Source: Wallemia ichthyophaga EXF-994 (Eukaryota; Fungi; Basidiomycota). From it: a stretch of DNA of 32,000 bases. Shown piece after piece: positions 11,952 through 25,075 of the stretch; within the stretch, counting starts at the first letter, position 1, and the number at the start of each line of letters is the position of its first letter. Both the position numbers and the translations under genes were made by a program. The notes under the pieces were generated by a model. It did not search any database. It saw nothing but the letters and a program-made list of their open reading frames with translations, and had not been told where the DNA came from. The stretch lies in NCBI RefSeq assembly GCF_000400465.1, contig NW_008806276.1, positions 240,001 through 272,000 on the forward strand. Direction: 5' to 3'.

Positions 11952-12534
11952 AAAATGAAAATATTTACTTTTAATTGCGCATAGCCCTGTGATTAGCGTG
12001 TGTATCGGGAGTATATTTAGATTTAGTGTGTGCGATTAAGTGGAGGTAATTAATAGAATGGAGGTATTTGCATAGCGTTGTGTCACATGCTTTATTACAC
12101 GCTGTCTCGTTCTAAATTTAACGGCCGACGAGACAATTTGACACGGAGCGCTCGCCGGTGACCGGCTAACGGATATCAAAAGCTGTGCAAAGTGCACGGA
12201 GAAAGGTTTTATAGAATTTCAGACAACATTCGGCGTGATTCAGATTTGTTTTGTCGCAGATGTTTGTCTCTGATGCATAATAGGGCGGCGCCAGAATTAA
12301 AGGTGAGCAAAATTTGCACAATTATGAACGGAAGCTGCGGAAATGAGGTGAAGAGAGCGGGACAATGTGTAAAGTGGCGCTCACATACCGCATCTTAGTG
12401 CATAGCCACGAATTTTTTGCAAATACCGAGCTAACCTGTGCTAAGAGTGATCTCAGCGGACGTGCGGGGAAGCTTTAAATAGCTCCGAGGCCCTTGAACT
12501 TGAACTACCAACCAATTCTTTCCTTGCAATTACA
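11952..12534 (+). promoter_or_regulatory. Upstream region of the chitin deacetylase gene (largest intergenic gap in the window)
   Basis: TATA-like TTTAAATA 12474..12481; CreA/Mig1-type GCGGGG 12464..12469; inverted repeats TGTCTCGT-N17-ACGAGACA (12103..12135) and GCCGGT-G-ACCGGC (12154..12166). Function is inferred only. Confidence 0.45.
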
Positions 12535-13353
12535 ATGAAGTTAAACCTCGCCATCGCTGCCTCAATCCTCGGCTTTGCTGCTGCTGCACCAGCTGAGCGC
12601 CAAACTCAAGGCGTCGTAAACAGCTGCTACAAGCCAGACTCAATGGCTATCACCTACGACGACGGTCCATACCAATGGGACTACAACGTTAACAGCCAAT
12701 TCAACGCCGTCGGCGGTAAAACTACTTACTTTGTCAACGGTAACAACTGGAGCTGTATATACTCGGAGGAGAACGTGAGCCGTCTCCGTGCCCTTCACGA
12801 GAACGGCCACCAAATCGCTTCTCACACTTGGTATGTCTTTGAAGTTTTTCAATCTATCAGACACCTCTGACAGCTTGGCAGGGGACACGTCCACCTTCCT
12901 CAACTCACCAACGAACAAATCGATCAGCAAGTTCAACTCGTTGAAGACGCTTTATGGAAGATCATTGGTGTCGTTCCAAAGTTCATCCGCCCACCATACG
13001 GTGAAGTTGATGACAGAGTTGTACAGCACCTCCAAGACAGATGGGGCTTGACTGTTGTCAACTGGTCAGAAGACTCGAGAGACGCTCTCGGTGCATCTGA
13101 CCAAGAAATCTTGGACCTCTACGACGGCTTTGCTTCCGACACAAGTCAATCACACATTGTCTTGAACCATGCCGTTCACGAACCAGCCAGCCACTTGCCA
13201 CAAGTCTACGTCCCTGAAATGCAAAACGCTGGTTACTCACTCGACACTGTTGCTCAATGCCTCTACCAAGAGCCATACAAGGTTACCGGTGGTTACTCAC
13301 AAAGAGACGCCTCATGGACTTGTGAGGGCCTTCCAGCTCCAGGTGAAGCATAA
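12535..13353 (+). CDS. Secreted chitin deacetylase / carbohydrate esterase family 4 (NodB domain); intron 12831..12881
   Basis: Signal peptide MKLNLAIAASILGFAAAA; CE4 motifs TYDDGP, HTWGH (spliced across the intron), RPPYG, DSRD, IVLNH. No obvious GPI tail. Confidence 0.93.
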
Positions 13354-13584
13354 GATGCTTAAATCAGCTCCTTATCAATGATGGCACGACATTACAACTA
13401 ACTTCATTACACTTTTAATAGACATTTTCGACTATTCCATTCCTTAAGTAAATGGATTACCTTTGGACTTCTTTTATATTTTACACCTCTATCTTTCTAA
13501 TTGAACACATCAAGACACTCATTGATAACATCAGTCTTTGAAAAACGAACATTGTCAATCAATCGAATAATGCATAGTATCACA

Positions 13585-14865
13585 CTAGTTTGGTTGTTTG
13601 AATTTGGTATGTGTGAGTGTACGTGCTCGTGTACTTGTTATGAGTGTTGCAAGTATGTAAGCATTGCTGGCAAACCAAAACAAACTTGCTATCCACAGAG
13701 GTATAAACAGAGGCTGGCCGAGGAACTCCAACCTATATGCGATAGAAAGCCACACAGCCTGTGAAGTAAGCCACAATATCGGCAAAACCACTTTTTGCTT
13801 CGTGCAGAGATTCAACGATGGCAGAACGACAGGCAAGAGCCAAATGTACCAGAGGAAGTACTATTGGGATGAGTTTTGTGAGTGTGCGTTCATGCGTTAC
13901 TTACCTGCGATGTACAAACCCTGTTGAAAGTGACAAACGCGTACGTCTGCAAAAACCAAGCGAGTGGGAGATCCACTCCGCCGTACACAACACCTAATCC
14001 AAGTGATAGGATGAGTTGCGGTACGAGTGAGAGGACTGGATTGGAGAAGAGTGAGACCGTGTCTGGTTGAACGTCGTAATTGAGGTAGGTGGGGTAGAAG
14101 TAGGGCGTGAAGTTGTGTCGGTGGTCCTTCCTCCCCACGTGGTAGAGGTAGGTCGATTCCACAAACTGCATGCCGTATCTAGAGGGAGTCTGAGAGTGAA
14201 ACCTTGTGTGATCACCCAAACTAAACCTACATCCTGTACATGGCCACATTCACAGCTGCAAAGACGCCCAAACTGATAGCCGAGAAAGAGGCCATCCGCG
14301 TAAACGACCTCGTCTTAGACCACATGTGAGCGAGTATCGAAGGTGCGTATATGAAAGGGTATATCTTATAATGAACGCTGAGTGCCATGAATACTGCGCT
14401 GAGCGTGTACTGCTCATGCAGGAGCAAATCGAGTGTGGACATGACAAGTACGCCTATGAGGGATTCCGGGGAGCCTCTGGTGGAAATAGAAATAACGACT
14501 GGGTTTAGTGTCCACAAGAGGTGAGATACATAGCCTCCTCTGCGACCGACGCGCAGTTTCCGCTGAATCCTATCCACACTCACACCAATTGCCAGATCTG
14601 CCAACGAGAAGAGAATTTTACCGAAATTCTCGTCGAGTGTTATATTCGGAAGGAGCATCCACGATAGCAGCGGCGTGTATCTGTACGTCCTCCGCTCGTA
14701 TGGTGACTGCCCACCGTGGACTAACTCAGCAGCTTCGCTCACTACGCGATAATCAACATCTGTGTATGTAGGACCACCGTTTGTGCGCGCTATACCATCG
14801 TAATAGCTCGAATATGCAATCAAAACAGCTCTAATGGCGAGTCCAGTAAGCAGGATCCAAGTCAT
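13585..14865 (-). CDS. GPI14: GPI mannosyltransferase I (PIG-M)
   Basis: YTDVDY (DXD), SPYERRTYRYTPLL, FGKILFSLADL, NPVVISISTRGSPES, HYKIYP, YLYHVGRKDHRHNF, FVTFNRVCTSQYFLWY; polytopic membrane protein, two introns. Confidence 0.93.
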
Positions 14866-14908
14866 GATGAAATTAAGTCAACTTGATTAAATTAGTTAAA
14901 TCGATAAA

Positions 14909-16542
<1,634 letters not shown>

Positions 16543-16614
16543 CAGAAGGTGGTGGTGATGCAACAAGACAGGAGACATGTAAAATGTTGTAATTGCTTAC
16601 AAATTTGGATACCA

Positions 16615-17341
16615 CTACAATCTGCTTACAAAGTCTCTATTTTCCATCCAATCCAGGCTGTTATTCGAGAGGTGGTTGTCGAGATCATTCAAGTAATCAA
16701 CTAGTGTCTTGATTTTGGCTGTGTCGACGTTGGCGACGGGGAGAGTAACCTTGGAGAGCGACTGGGAATTAGTTGCTTTGAATGAATGTAGGGTGTAGCC
16801 TTTCCATTGCTTGTCCTCAGTGCTTCCACCGACAGCTACACCGACTACGTGCTTGCTATTACCAGCATTCATCTTAATTCTGTTTAGTATTTGTATTCCA
16901 GTTGAGCTCAGCGTTGGATTCTGTTCCAAAATCTCGGACGCCTCGTACATGCCCACCAAATCCATACCTTTGGAGCGTGCGTGGGTGTGTATCTGTGAAT
17001 TTGTAAGTGGACTGCCTATATTGCCTGTACTACAAGTACCATTTCCAGTCCCATTTCCATCACCACTGAGAGCGTGTTCCAGAGGTGCTGCACCGGTACA
17101 GCGTCTTGTGGGAGTGTTAATAGACCTTCAGCACTGCTACGCAAACGATAACACACCAATAATCTCCACCTCATTCGCCTCTATCCTTCCTATCAAAACC
17201 CCATTAATAGCGGCTTCTGGGTATTTGGCTGCCAGTGGTTGTACGTGAGTTCTGTACACTGTTAATACGCCTAAACACACCAGCATGCGCAATAATCTTT
17301 GAATGTACGCGAGTGTTTATGCTGCTCATGCTCATGCTCAT
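16615..17341 (-). CDS. ER membrane protein complex subunit EMC8/9-like (UPF0172) protein
   Basis: Spliced KIIAHAAKYPEAAINGVLIG..DAVPVQH..VMEMGLEM..LVGMYEASE and C-terminal DLDNHLSNNSLDWMEN match the EMC8/9 pattern (HGAKYP..AVNG.L...DFDNHLDD...DW.N). Confidence 0.8.
17324..17341 (-). repeat. Perfect tandem (ATGAGC)x3 forming three in-frame start codons of the EMC8/9-like gene
   Basis: Plus strand GCTCAT x3; minus strand reads ATG AGC ATG AGC ATG AGC. Confidence 0.9.
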
Positions 17342-17385
17342 GCTGAAAGTAAAGGAAATCAATATTCAAGCCATTTAAAGTAATT

Positions 17386-18090
17386 TTAGTAATGTAATCT
17401 GTGCGTGAAGCATTGGTAGCCATTTGGATTGTTGATCAGGTACTTCTGGTGATAATCCTCTGCCTTCCACCACTTGAATTTGTTTACTGGGTTGATTTGC
17501 GTGGCGATTGTGGAGCCATTTGGTGTAAAGTGAGCTTGCTGGACTTGCTCTCTAACTGAATCAGCGACATTCTTCTGCTCCTCGGAAGTTGGGAAGAGTG
17601 CCGTGCGATACTGTGTACCGACGTCAGCGCCTTGGCGATCAACTTGAGTTGGATCGTGAGTGCGGAAGAAGAAATCGAGGAGCTCCTCGTAGCTCGCATT
17701 GCGCTTGTCCCAAGTCAACGACAAGGCTTCTGCGTGTCCAGTTGTACCCGTACAAACAAGTCTGTAAGAAGGATCGTTGCCTGCTCTGTGATTAGAGAAT
17801 ATGGAGTGTGCGTATAGCTAACCCACCAACGCCTGCATCGTCACCGCCAATAAATCCAACCTCTGCGCTTATTATGGAATCCTTGAAATATTTCCTAAAA
17901 AGCTCCTCCGTGCTGTAGCTGGTGTCAGTACCACCGGTAGATGACCGATAAGAGGAAATTACCCCCAAAAGCAGCCATTTGCGAATATCGAAGTTTCTGG
18001 TTGCGGATCTGGGAGCTGTTTGATCTTGTTCTCCCTCATTTCTGCAGCATCTCTAGCAAGCTTGATTGTTGGCTGTATCTTTGTGACCAT
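17386..18090 (-). CDS. MXR1: Peptide methionine sulfoxide reductase MsrA
   Basis: FANGCFWG active site (split by a 50-nt intron), PSYRLVCTGTTGHAEA, HDPTQVDRQGADVGTQYRTA, AEDYHQKYL, C-terminal YQC. The start at 18090 is inferred. Confidence 0.93.
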
Positions 18091-18212
18091 TGTGTGGCTG
18101 TGGCTGTTGTGTGGATTAGGTACAGCACCACGGAAACAACAAATCTCCCACTTCTTCCCGAGTGATTTGAATAAGTTAAGAATATTGATGATGGTTGTTT
18201 GTAACGGTCAAG

Positions 18213-18636
18213 ATGCAGACACAGAATGTTCGCCGTAAAACACAAATGAAGGGTCAATTTACCAAAGAGTGTGAGTGGTGTGGTGTTAGAATGTAAATAT
18301 CCCCCTAACGCGCCTTATGCCTAAGTACGCCCACTAATGTACTCATTCGGCGACGACGTCAATCCAGATCCAGAAGCAACAAACGTGTTGGAGGAGATAT
18401 TGATTGACTTTATAATGGAAATATGCTACAAATCGCAAAAGGCGAGTGGAAATCGCGGTAAAATAAAGATCGAAGACATCAAGTTCGTACTGCGTAACGA
18501 CACCAAGAAGCTGAATAGAGTTGAGGAGTTGCTGTACATGCAAGAGGATATAAAGAGGGCAAGAGCTGCTTTCAATGAAGGTGACATCATCCAAGATGCT
18601 GTAAAGGCTAATGGCAACAAGAAGCCTGCTACTTGA
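18213..18636 (+). CDS. TAF13: TFIID subunit 13 (histone-fold); intron 18271..18325
   Basis: KGQFTKELRPLMYSFGDDVNP, VLEEILIDFI, KIKIEDIKFVLRNDTKKLNRVEELL..IKRAR. Confidence 0.9.
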
Positions 18637-18683
18637 TGGATTTCTGATTGAATATTTGAATTACCTCAGCTGCCTTCCCTGTC

Positions 18684-18701
18684 CACTCGCACTCGCACTC
18701 G
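18684..18701 (+). repeat. Perfect tandem (CACTCG)x3 in the TAF13-SFI1 spacer
   Basis: Read directly from the sequence. Confidence 0.9.
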
Positions 18702-18864
18702 CCGCTCGAAACGCAATTCCCGCACAACTCACCAGCCAAATAATGAAATTTGTAAAAGAAATTCTTGAAATTTTTCTCTCATCTGGAGGACTCCTTGACG
18801 CTGCGAATATTGAGCGTAAATTTGGCAGTGTCATTGATATCGCGTCGTTGTACTTGAACACCCA

Positions 18865-21749
18865 ATGGACACCTCCCTAAACATATCAAATATAAATCGA
18901 TCAACTGTGAATTTAATCTCTGAAATCATAGACTCTGTTCCACGCGGTTCTCACTCTTTTCTCTCGTTATTCAATGCTTATAATCAAGTACTCGACGCGC
19001 ACGGAATTGATCAAAACGATGAAGTGGAATTGTATGATTTGCTATTGAAATTGGGTGTCGTTAGAGGACGCGATTGGTTTGAAAGGTGGCAAGCTATTGT
19101 GAATTCTGAGTATTCCGAGTATTCTGAGTTTTCTATTCATAATAGTCATAATATCCATAATAATCGCGATACTGTGTTTTTAGACCATAGCAGCTCACCC
19201 ACTTTATCCAATTCCTCTCATTCTCACTCTTCTCACTCTCATTCCACTTCCACTGCTGCACTGGCTGCTGATGCTAGACAAACTGACAAGGAATACCCTC
19301 CAATCCAATATGAGCACTCGTCTCATCGCTCACCTCAAACACTCCATGCACGCGCAATGGCTAGTGTTCACGCTCAGACTAATCGCGTTCGTCAGTCTCA
19401 ACTAGCACAGAGACGCCAAGAACATCAGCACCACCAACGCGCTCAACTTGCTCGCAAAAGGGAGCTCGACGAAGCGAGACAGCGAGCGGATGAAAATAAA
19501 GTCCTTAGAGAAATGGAAAGCGCTGCTGATGCTTTGCATAATCAAAACATTCTAACACGCACTTTCAACGCTTGGTTTGGACTGTTTAGGTGGATTCACG
19601 AGAGTAATGTGAAAGTAGAAACGGTACAACAATCTCGCATTCTCAGTACCTTCTTTCATAAATGGCAGTATGCACTCAACAGTCATGTCTTTGCTGCCAC
19701 CCACGTTGCAGTGTCGCACGACAATACCAGAATAACAAACGATACCCTCAAACTATGGAAAATTCGTCTAAGACACAGACTTCGCCACAGAAAGGAAAAT
19801 AGATTGCGCACGACATACGTAACTATACGTAAGGGTATTGCGAAGAGATTGATGGAAAAGGCTTGGCAGCTATGGCGGCAAGCAACCGATACGAGGAGGG
19901 CAGATATGAGGTATTCGTATGCGACAATGAGCGCGCATTTCAAGCAATGGAAGCAACGCACCATACAAGTACTCGAGAAGGACAGTCTTGTTGTTGAATT
20001 GGCTACTATTGCGAACGAGAGACGAGCAGCGAGGTTTTTGAATCGCTGGAAACAACGTTGCATTCTCCAAACCCGAGAAAGACAATATGAGGAGAGATGG
20101 CGGGGAGATGCGACGCGCACATACTTTGATGCGTGGAAATACAGAACTGATACCAATAAAGCAGCCGCAGCATGGCGAGATGCATCTGCAGTGCGCACTG
20201 CTTTCTACGCCTGGCAGCGGAAATTGTACACGGTACAGAAATTCACTGCTCTGGCTGATACCTTCTCGCAAGATAGACACGAAGCAATCAGGAGACAGAC
20301 TATACACCAGTGGCAACTCTCGCTCAAGTGCTTCACTTTCCACCTCTCACATATGCACACGCTCGGCCAGCTCGTCCTGCAGTACTGGTACAGCAAAATG
20401 CAAGATGTTCAGGAAAGAGAATTGGTGGCTGAAGAGTACCATTTCGTGCACATCCGGGAGTTGGGTGTAGGTCTGTTCGACAGGTGGAAGTCAAGATGGG
20501 GTGAGGTGCGCGTTAGGAATGGGCTGGCTGTCGAATTCAGGCAAGTGAACAGCCAGCATGTTGCATTGAAAAAGTGGATGCGTAACTACCAGCATAAACG
20601 GATGATGAACAGACGTGGATATGTGCTGCGACGGATGATCCAGAAGAAAAATGCTTTCTATGGATGGAGAATGGCTCTCAGTCGGAAGAGACAGGAAGAG
20701 TGGATAGGCAGACGCGAGCTGACTGTCAAGAAAGACAGCTGGAATGGTGGGTGGTGTGTTGCACCGAAAAACACTCCTGACACATCTACCCAGTGTGGAG
20801 AAACAGATTTGGCGTTCTATGTGACCTCAGAGCTCGAGAAGACCTTTTCAAAGCTGAGCGCACGCACAAGACACTCACATCGGCTGTGCTCCAGAAGTGG
20901 CTTCAGAGGACTATTGACAGCCGCGACGTGATGTATTCTGCCGACATGCTGCACGAGCGGAAGAGAAAGAAGTGGGTGTACTTCCTCTAGCTTTTTAGAA
21001 TTGGTGAGGAGATTCTGTGTGCATTCTAACACAAACCCAGGTCTGTTATGCAGCAGTGGCGAGCCAAGAACACAGCCGTGCAGGGTCTGCACAGCGCCGG
21101 TGCGGCGTACCGGGAGGCGAAAGAAGAGAGTGAGTGGAGTGTTAGAGGGGAGCGAGGAGAGCACAGTCTAACGCAGCGCCCAACAGACACCCGTCGCGGC
21201 ATGCTGGCGAGATGGCAGCGTCGAACGCAGTTGGGAGTGGAACAGAGCAGAAAGTGTGAGCAATTCCTCTCACGACGCTTAACGCGCACGAAACGCACAG
21301 CATTCGAGGCGTGGTACGACCAGATAAAGACACTAGAACTGGAAGCGGTAGAGACGGAGATGCTGATACTGCGTCGGGAGCGGATGCTGCATGCGGGACT
21401 AGCGCGGTGGATGAGCGTTTGTGCTGCACTACCTGCTGTGCGTCATTACAATACCTCTCTCAAGACGCGCACATTGCGCTTGTGGAATGCCCAGCTGCCA
21501 TCGGCACGTAATGCTCGGCTAGCTGCTCATATCAGTCGCAGAGAGTCGCTCACCAAGTGGCTCGGCATGTGGAGAGATAACGTACAGATTAAACGCTCCA
21601 GACGCGCCATTGCACGCGCTAGGACTCTCGGGAAAAGGCCATCGGCGAGTAGACTGAAACAGGCGGCGGCGAGAGCGGAAGCGAGCGCGACACCGTCGCC
21701 TGAGCTGGGAATACGGAGGCCGTTTAGCAGAGTAAATCGAGTGTATTGA
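18865..21749 (+). CDS. Sfi1-like centrin-binding spindle pole body protein (long helical W-repeat protein); two introns near 20747..20792 and 20972..21040
   Basis: Many regularly spaced Trp repeats of the form A..x..LL...F..W (TFNAW, FFHKW, TLKLW, HFKQW, FLNRW, YFDAW, AFYAW, LFDRW, ALKKW). The family assignment is by pattern. Confidence 0.75.
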
Positions 21750-22058
21750 AATAGTGAAATAAAAATTCATGTCCTTTTTCTCTGGTTTCTGAACCGAGAA
21801 GACTTTCTTCAGCTCGGCCATCACATAATTGCACAGCGCGAAAATGGCTGTGGAGTTCTGAATGTCCGGCAGAGTGACAGCGTCAATTAGAGCAGGCGCG
21901 GTATTTTAGATTGCCGCATCTGTGTCAAATGACGCATAAATTTGTTTTGTAAGATAAACTTTAAAGGATGTATGAGCCTTGTATGTGGTATAAAAACAGC
22001 CACATAGCCCCAAACACACACAAACTGCACGAATCACGCGTGTTTACCGCCTTCTTCC

Positions 22059-23279
22059 ATGTTCATAGCTTCGAGACACCTTCCACCGATAAAACCGGGT
22101 CGAATTCCCTCGATAGAGGATTTGGAGCGGGTAATTAACAGCCTCAGGGCTATATACACGTCGACAGTGGCAGGGATAAAGGTATCCAACCCGACACAAG
22201 GCGTGGATGGGTGGTCGTCGATACATGCCAACGACGATGGCGAGAATGTCTACGCATCGGACACGCGTGTGCAGTACGCGGCGGAGAACGAAGACGACAG
22301 CTTCGAGAGGAAGTGGTCGAGCAACTGGCTGACGCGATTGATAGCCCTAAGCGAGGAGTGGCTGGGTGAGGTTGAAGCGGGAGAGGGAGACGAGACGACG
22401 GAGGCTTACAGAGAGAGAGAGAGAGTCGTAGAAATGGCTGCAGCGGCTCTGGCGTGTGTTGCGGGCATGTCTGGTGAGTTGATGTATTCTTGCATATTGC
22501 AAATTGCATTTGAAAAAGCAACAAGGCTAACGCGCTTACTCTACACTCGTTAACCTACAGCCGCTGGTCCCATCGATCGCACATTCAATTTCATCGGCCG
22601 GGATGCCACACCATTCGAGATAGTGATGCACGACAACACAGTCAACGGCCACGAGGATGTCGGCGCTCAGACTTGGGGAGCCGCCGTGCACCTGTCGCGG
22701 CTGGTATGTCGCTACCCTGACCATTTCGGCGTGCGCGACGGGAGTCGTTTGCTGGAAGTAGGTGCGGGTACGGGATTGGTGGGAATTGCGTGCGCGCAAA
22801 TGGCGTCGCAGCTGGATTACAAGCGTACACAAGTCGTTCTAAGCGACTACCTAAGCGACATAATAGCGAATCTGCGCAGGAATGTCCAAGTGAATCGCAC
22901 AAGCACACCTACACACGTTACACATCTCGATTGGAATAGCAGTGATAGTGAGAGTGCGTTAGGCACGTTCGATACAATGTTCGGTGCAGATGTCTGCTAC
23001 GACCTCAGCCACGCTTACATGCTGCACAACGCAGCTGCTCAGCTGCTGTCGAAGCAGGGCACTTTCCACGTCCTCATCGCTCTCCGTAAGACACATGTAG
23101 GGATGAAGGAGAGCGTCGAGGATGCTTTCAGCGGTCGGTTCATTCAACCAGACGGGGATGCGTTGTGTATAGACAATACAGACCTCTTTGATGTGGAGAA
23201 AGGTCTCGGCAGAGCTGATGAGCTTGGTTACGCTCGTTTCGAGATAAAGTGGAAATCGCAAATTTCTACCTCAACCTGA
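22059..23279 (+). CDS. Class I SAM-dependent protein lysine methyltransferase (Efm2/METTL21-like family); intron 22474..22560
   Basis: DVGAQTWGAA, motif I LEVGAGTGLVG, LSDY, LDW, GADVCY. Confidence 0.85.
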
Positions 23280-23418
23280 AAACAACAGCTGCGGTAACGC
23301 GAGCAGCGCGATGTATGCTACTATAGACACACCATGTAGACCACCTCTTTAAATTTATGTTTGTGAAAGTTTTTACAATTTGCGCTGTTTACCGCCTTCT
23401 TTCAACACCTCCAGCTTG

Positions 23419-24608
23419 ATGTCATCGGCAGCTAGAAATCTCGCGACAAAGACGCTCCGTGGGTGTAGATAGCGTGTAGGATGCCCAGCTAACACCGCAC
23501 AGGCTTCGGGATGCTCCCGGCGGATGGAATCGGCCATGAAGTGCTTCCTGTAGGCGGAGAAGGAGAGGGAAGGAAAGAAGCGTGCTGACACAACCTTCAG
23601 CCAGCACAGAGAGTGCTTGAGGAGCTTTCATCGAGGAAAACCCTCCCTAAGCTCGAGTTCATCCCGCTCAACGCAGGATTCGAGTATTTCAGAAGAGCAG
23701 GCGTTGCACTGCCGGATGAGACGATAGAGGTAATGAAAAACGACGTCGACGGCGCTATCTTTGGCAGTGTATCGAGCCCATCGCACAAGGTAACGGGTTA
23801 CTCGTCACCAATCGTCGCATTGCGCAAGCACCTCGACTTGTACGCCAACATCAGACCAGTGTCGACCGTGGATGGGAAAGTAGACATGGTGACAGTGAGA
23901 GAGAACACGGAGTGTCTTTATATCAAGAAAGAGGAGCTGGACACGCTGGGTGACGGGTCAAAGGTGGCTAGAGCTACCCGCCAAATAACCCAGAATGCGT
24001 CTGAAAGGATCGGGAAGCTTGCTTTCGAGATAGCGTTGAAGAGGGACAAGGTCAGACAGTCACAGTCGCAGTGTAGCTCACCTCACACAGAGCCAAGCGT
24101 CTGGTCGATACACAAATCCAACGTATTGAGCGTTACGGATGGATTGTTCAGGGAGTCGATCAAGGCGGCCCACAAGTCTGATGAGAGGTTTAGCAAGGTG
24201 AAGCTGGTTGAGCAGCTGGTCGATTCATTCGTTTATAGAATGTTCAGGGAGCCACAGCTGTTCGATGTCTGTGTTGCGCCTAATCTCTACGGAGACATTA
24301 TATCAGATGGGGCAGCAGCACTGGTTGGGAGTCTCGGAGTCGTGCCATCGATAAACGCGAATGATACGTTTGCAATGGCAGAACCCGTGCACGGATCAGC
24401 ACCGGACATTGCAGGGAAGAATATCGCGAACCCAATAGCATCGATTAGATCAGCAGCGCTTATGATCGAGCATATGGGGTACTCGGAGGCAGCAGCAGGG
24501 ATTTACAGAGCAGTGGATGAGGTTTTGAAGGGGGACAAGGTGACACCGGATCTGGGTGGCAAGGCAACGACGACGGATGTGGAAGAGGCGGTGCTTAGAG
24601 CGTTGTAA
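23419..24608 (+). CDS. LYS12: Homoisocitrate dehydrogenase (alpha-aminoadipate lysine pathway)
   Basis: Spliced GMLPADGIGHEVLP; GSVSSPSHKVTGYSSPIVALRK (typical of fungal Lys12), YANIRPV, VRENTECLY, IHKSNVL, PNLYGDIISD, EPVHGSAPDIAGK. Confidence 0.9.
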
Positions 24609-24631
24609 GGGAATAAATGTGTTTATCGGGC

Positions 24632-25051
24632 TCAACCGAGGAAAGAAATAGCGCAAAAGTGGAGGAGAAGCGAGGCAAAGACAAAGTCAGCGAATGATCT
24701 TGAGAGGGAGTTAAATGGTTAAATGGAACAACGCGTAACCCACCTCTCTGGGGATATTTGAGTGAAATGATGTGCGTTGGATGGATTTGATTGGATTCTG
24801 AGGTTCACGGTGAGGATGAACTGTCCAACCTTTGAAATGAAGCTGAGTGATTGTGAGGTGCTTTCGCCGTATAAAATCCCAACTCACCTTCCCAAGAAGG
24901 CGTTGTACGGTGTGTTATCGATACACAGCGCATAGACGAATTCCAAGACAGCGGAAAGGCATAACACGAGTAAGAAGGAATCCAATAGCTTGTATTGGCT
25001 CGGCGTTTTGTTGTTGTAGCTGTGCAGTAAATTACCAATTATACTCGTCAT
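24632..25051 (-). CDS. OST2: Oligosaccharyltransferase subunit Ost2/DAD1, 109 aa; exons 25051..24888, 24842..24744, 24698..24632
   Basis: Not in the ORF track. Two 45-nt GT-AG introns give MTSIIGNLLHSYNNKTPSQYKLLDSFLL...TPYNAFLGSFISKVGQFILTVNLRIQ..ISPERSFADFVFASLLLHFCAISFLG*, the DAD1 signature. Confidence 0.92.
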
Positions 25052-25075
25052 GGCGGTTCCTCACCAACACCCAAC

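Noticed and set aside
21519-21900. Minus-strand open frame (…FALCNYVMAELKKVFSVQKPEKKD…) in the SFI1-methyltransferase spacer
   Set aside because: No good ATG or splice structure upstream, it runs antisense into SFI1, and no family is recognised.
22474-22560. Unusually long (87 nt) intron as a possible snoRNA host
   Set aside because: No proper C box (RTGATGA), D box (CTGA) or H/ACA hairpins.
24760-24810. GTGAA-ATGATGT...CTGA-GG-TTCAC, resembling a C/D snoRNA with a terminal stem
   Set aside because: Too short, the C box is imperfect, and the region is explained as the antisense of OST2 exon 2.
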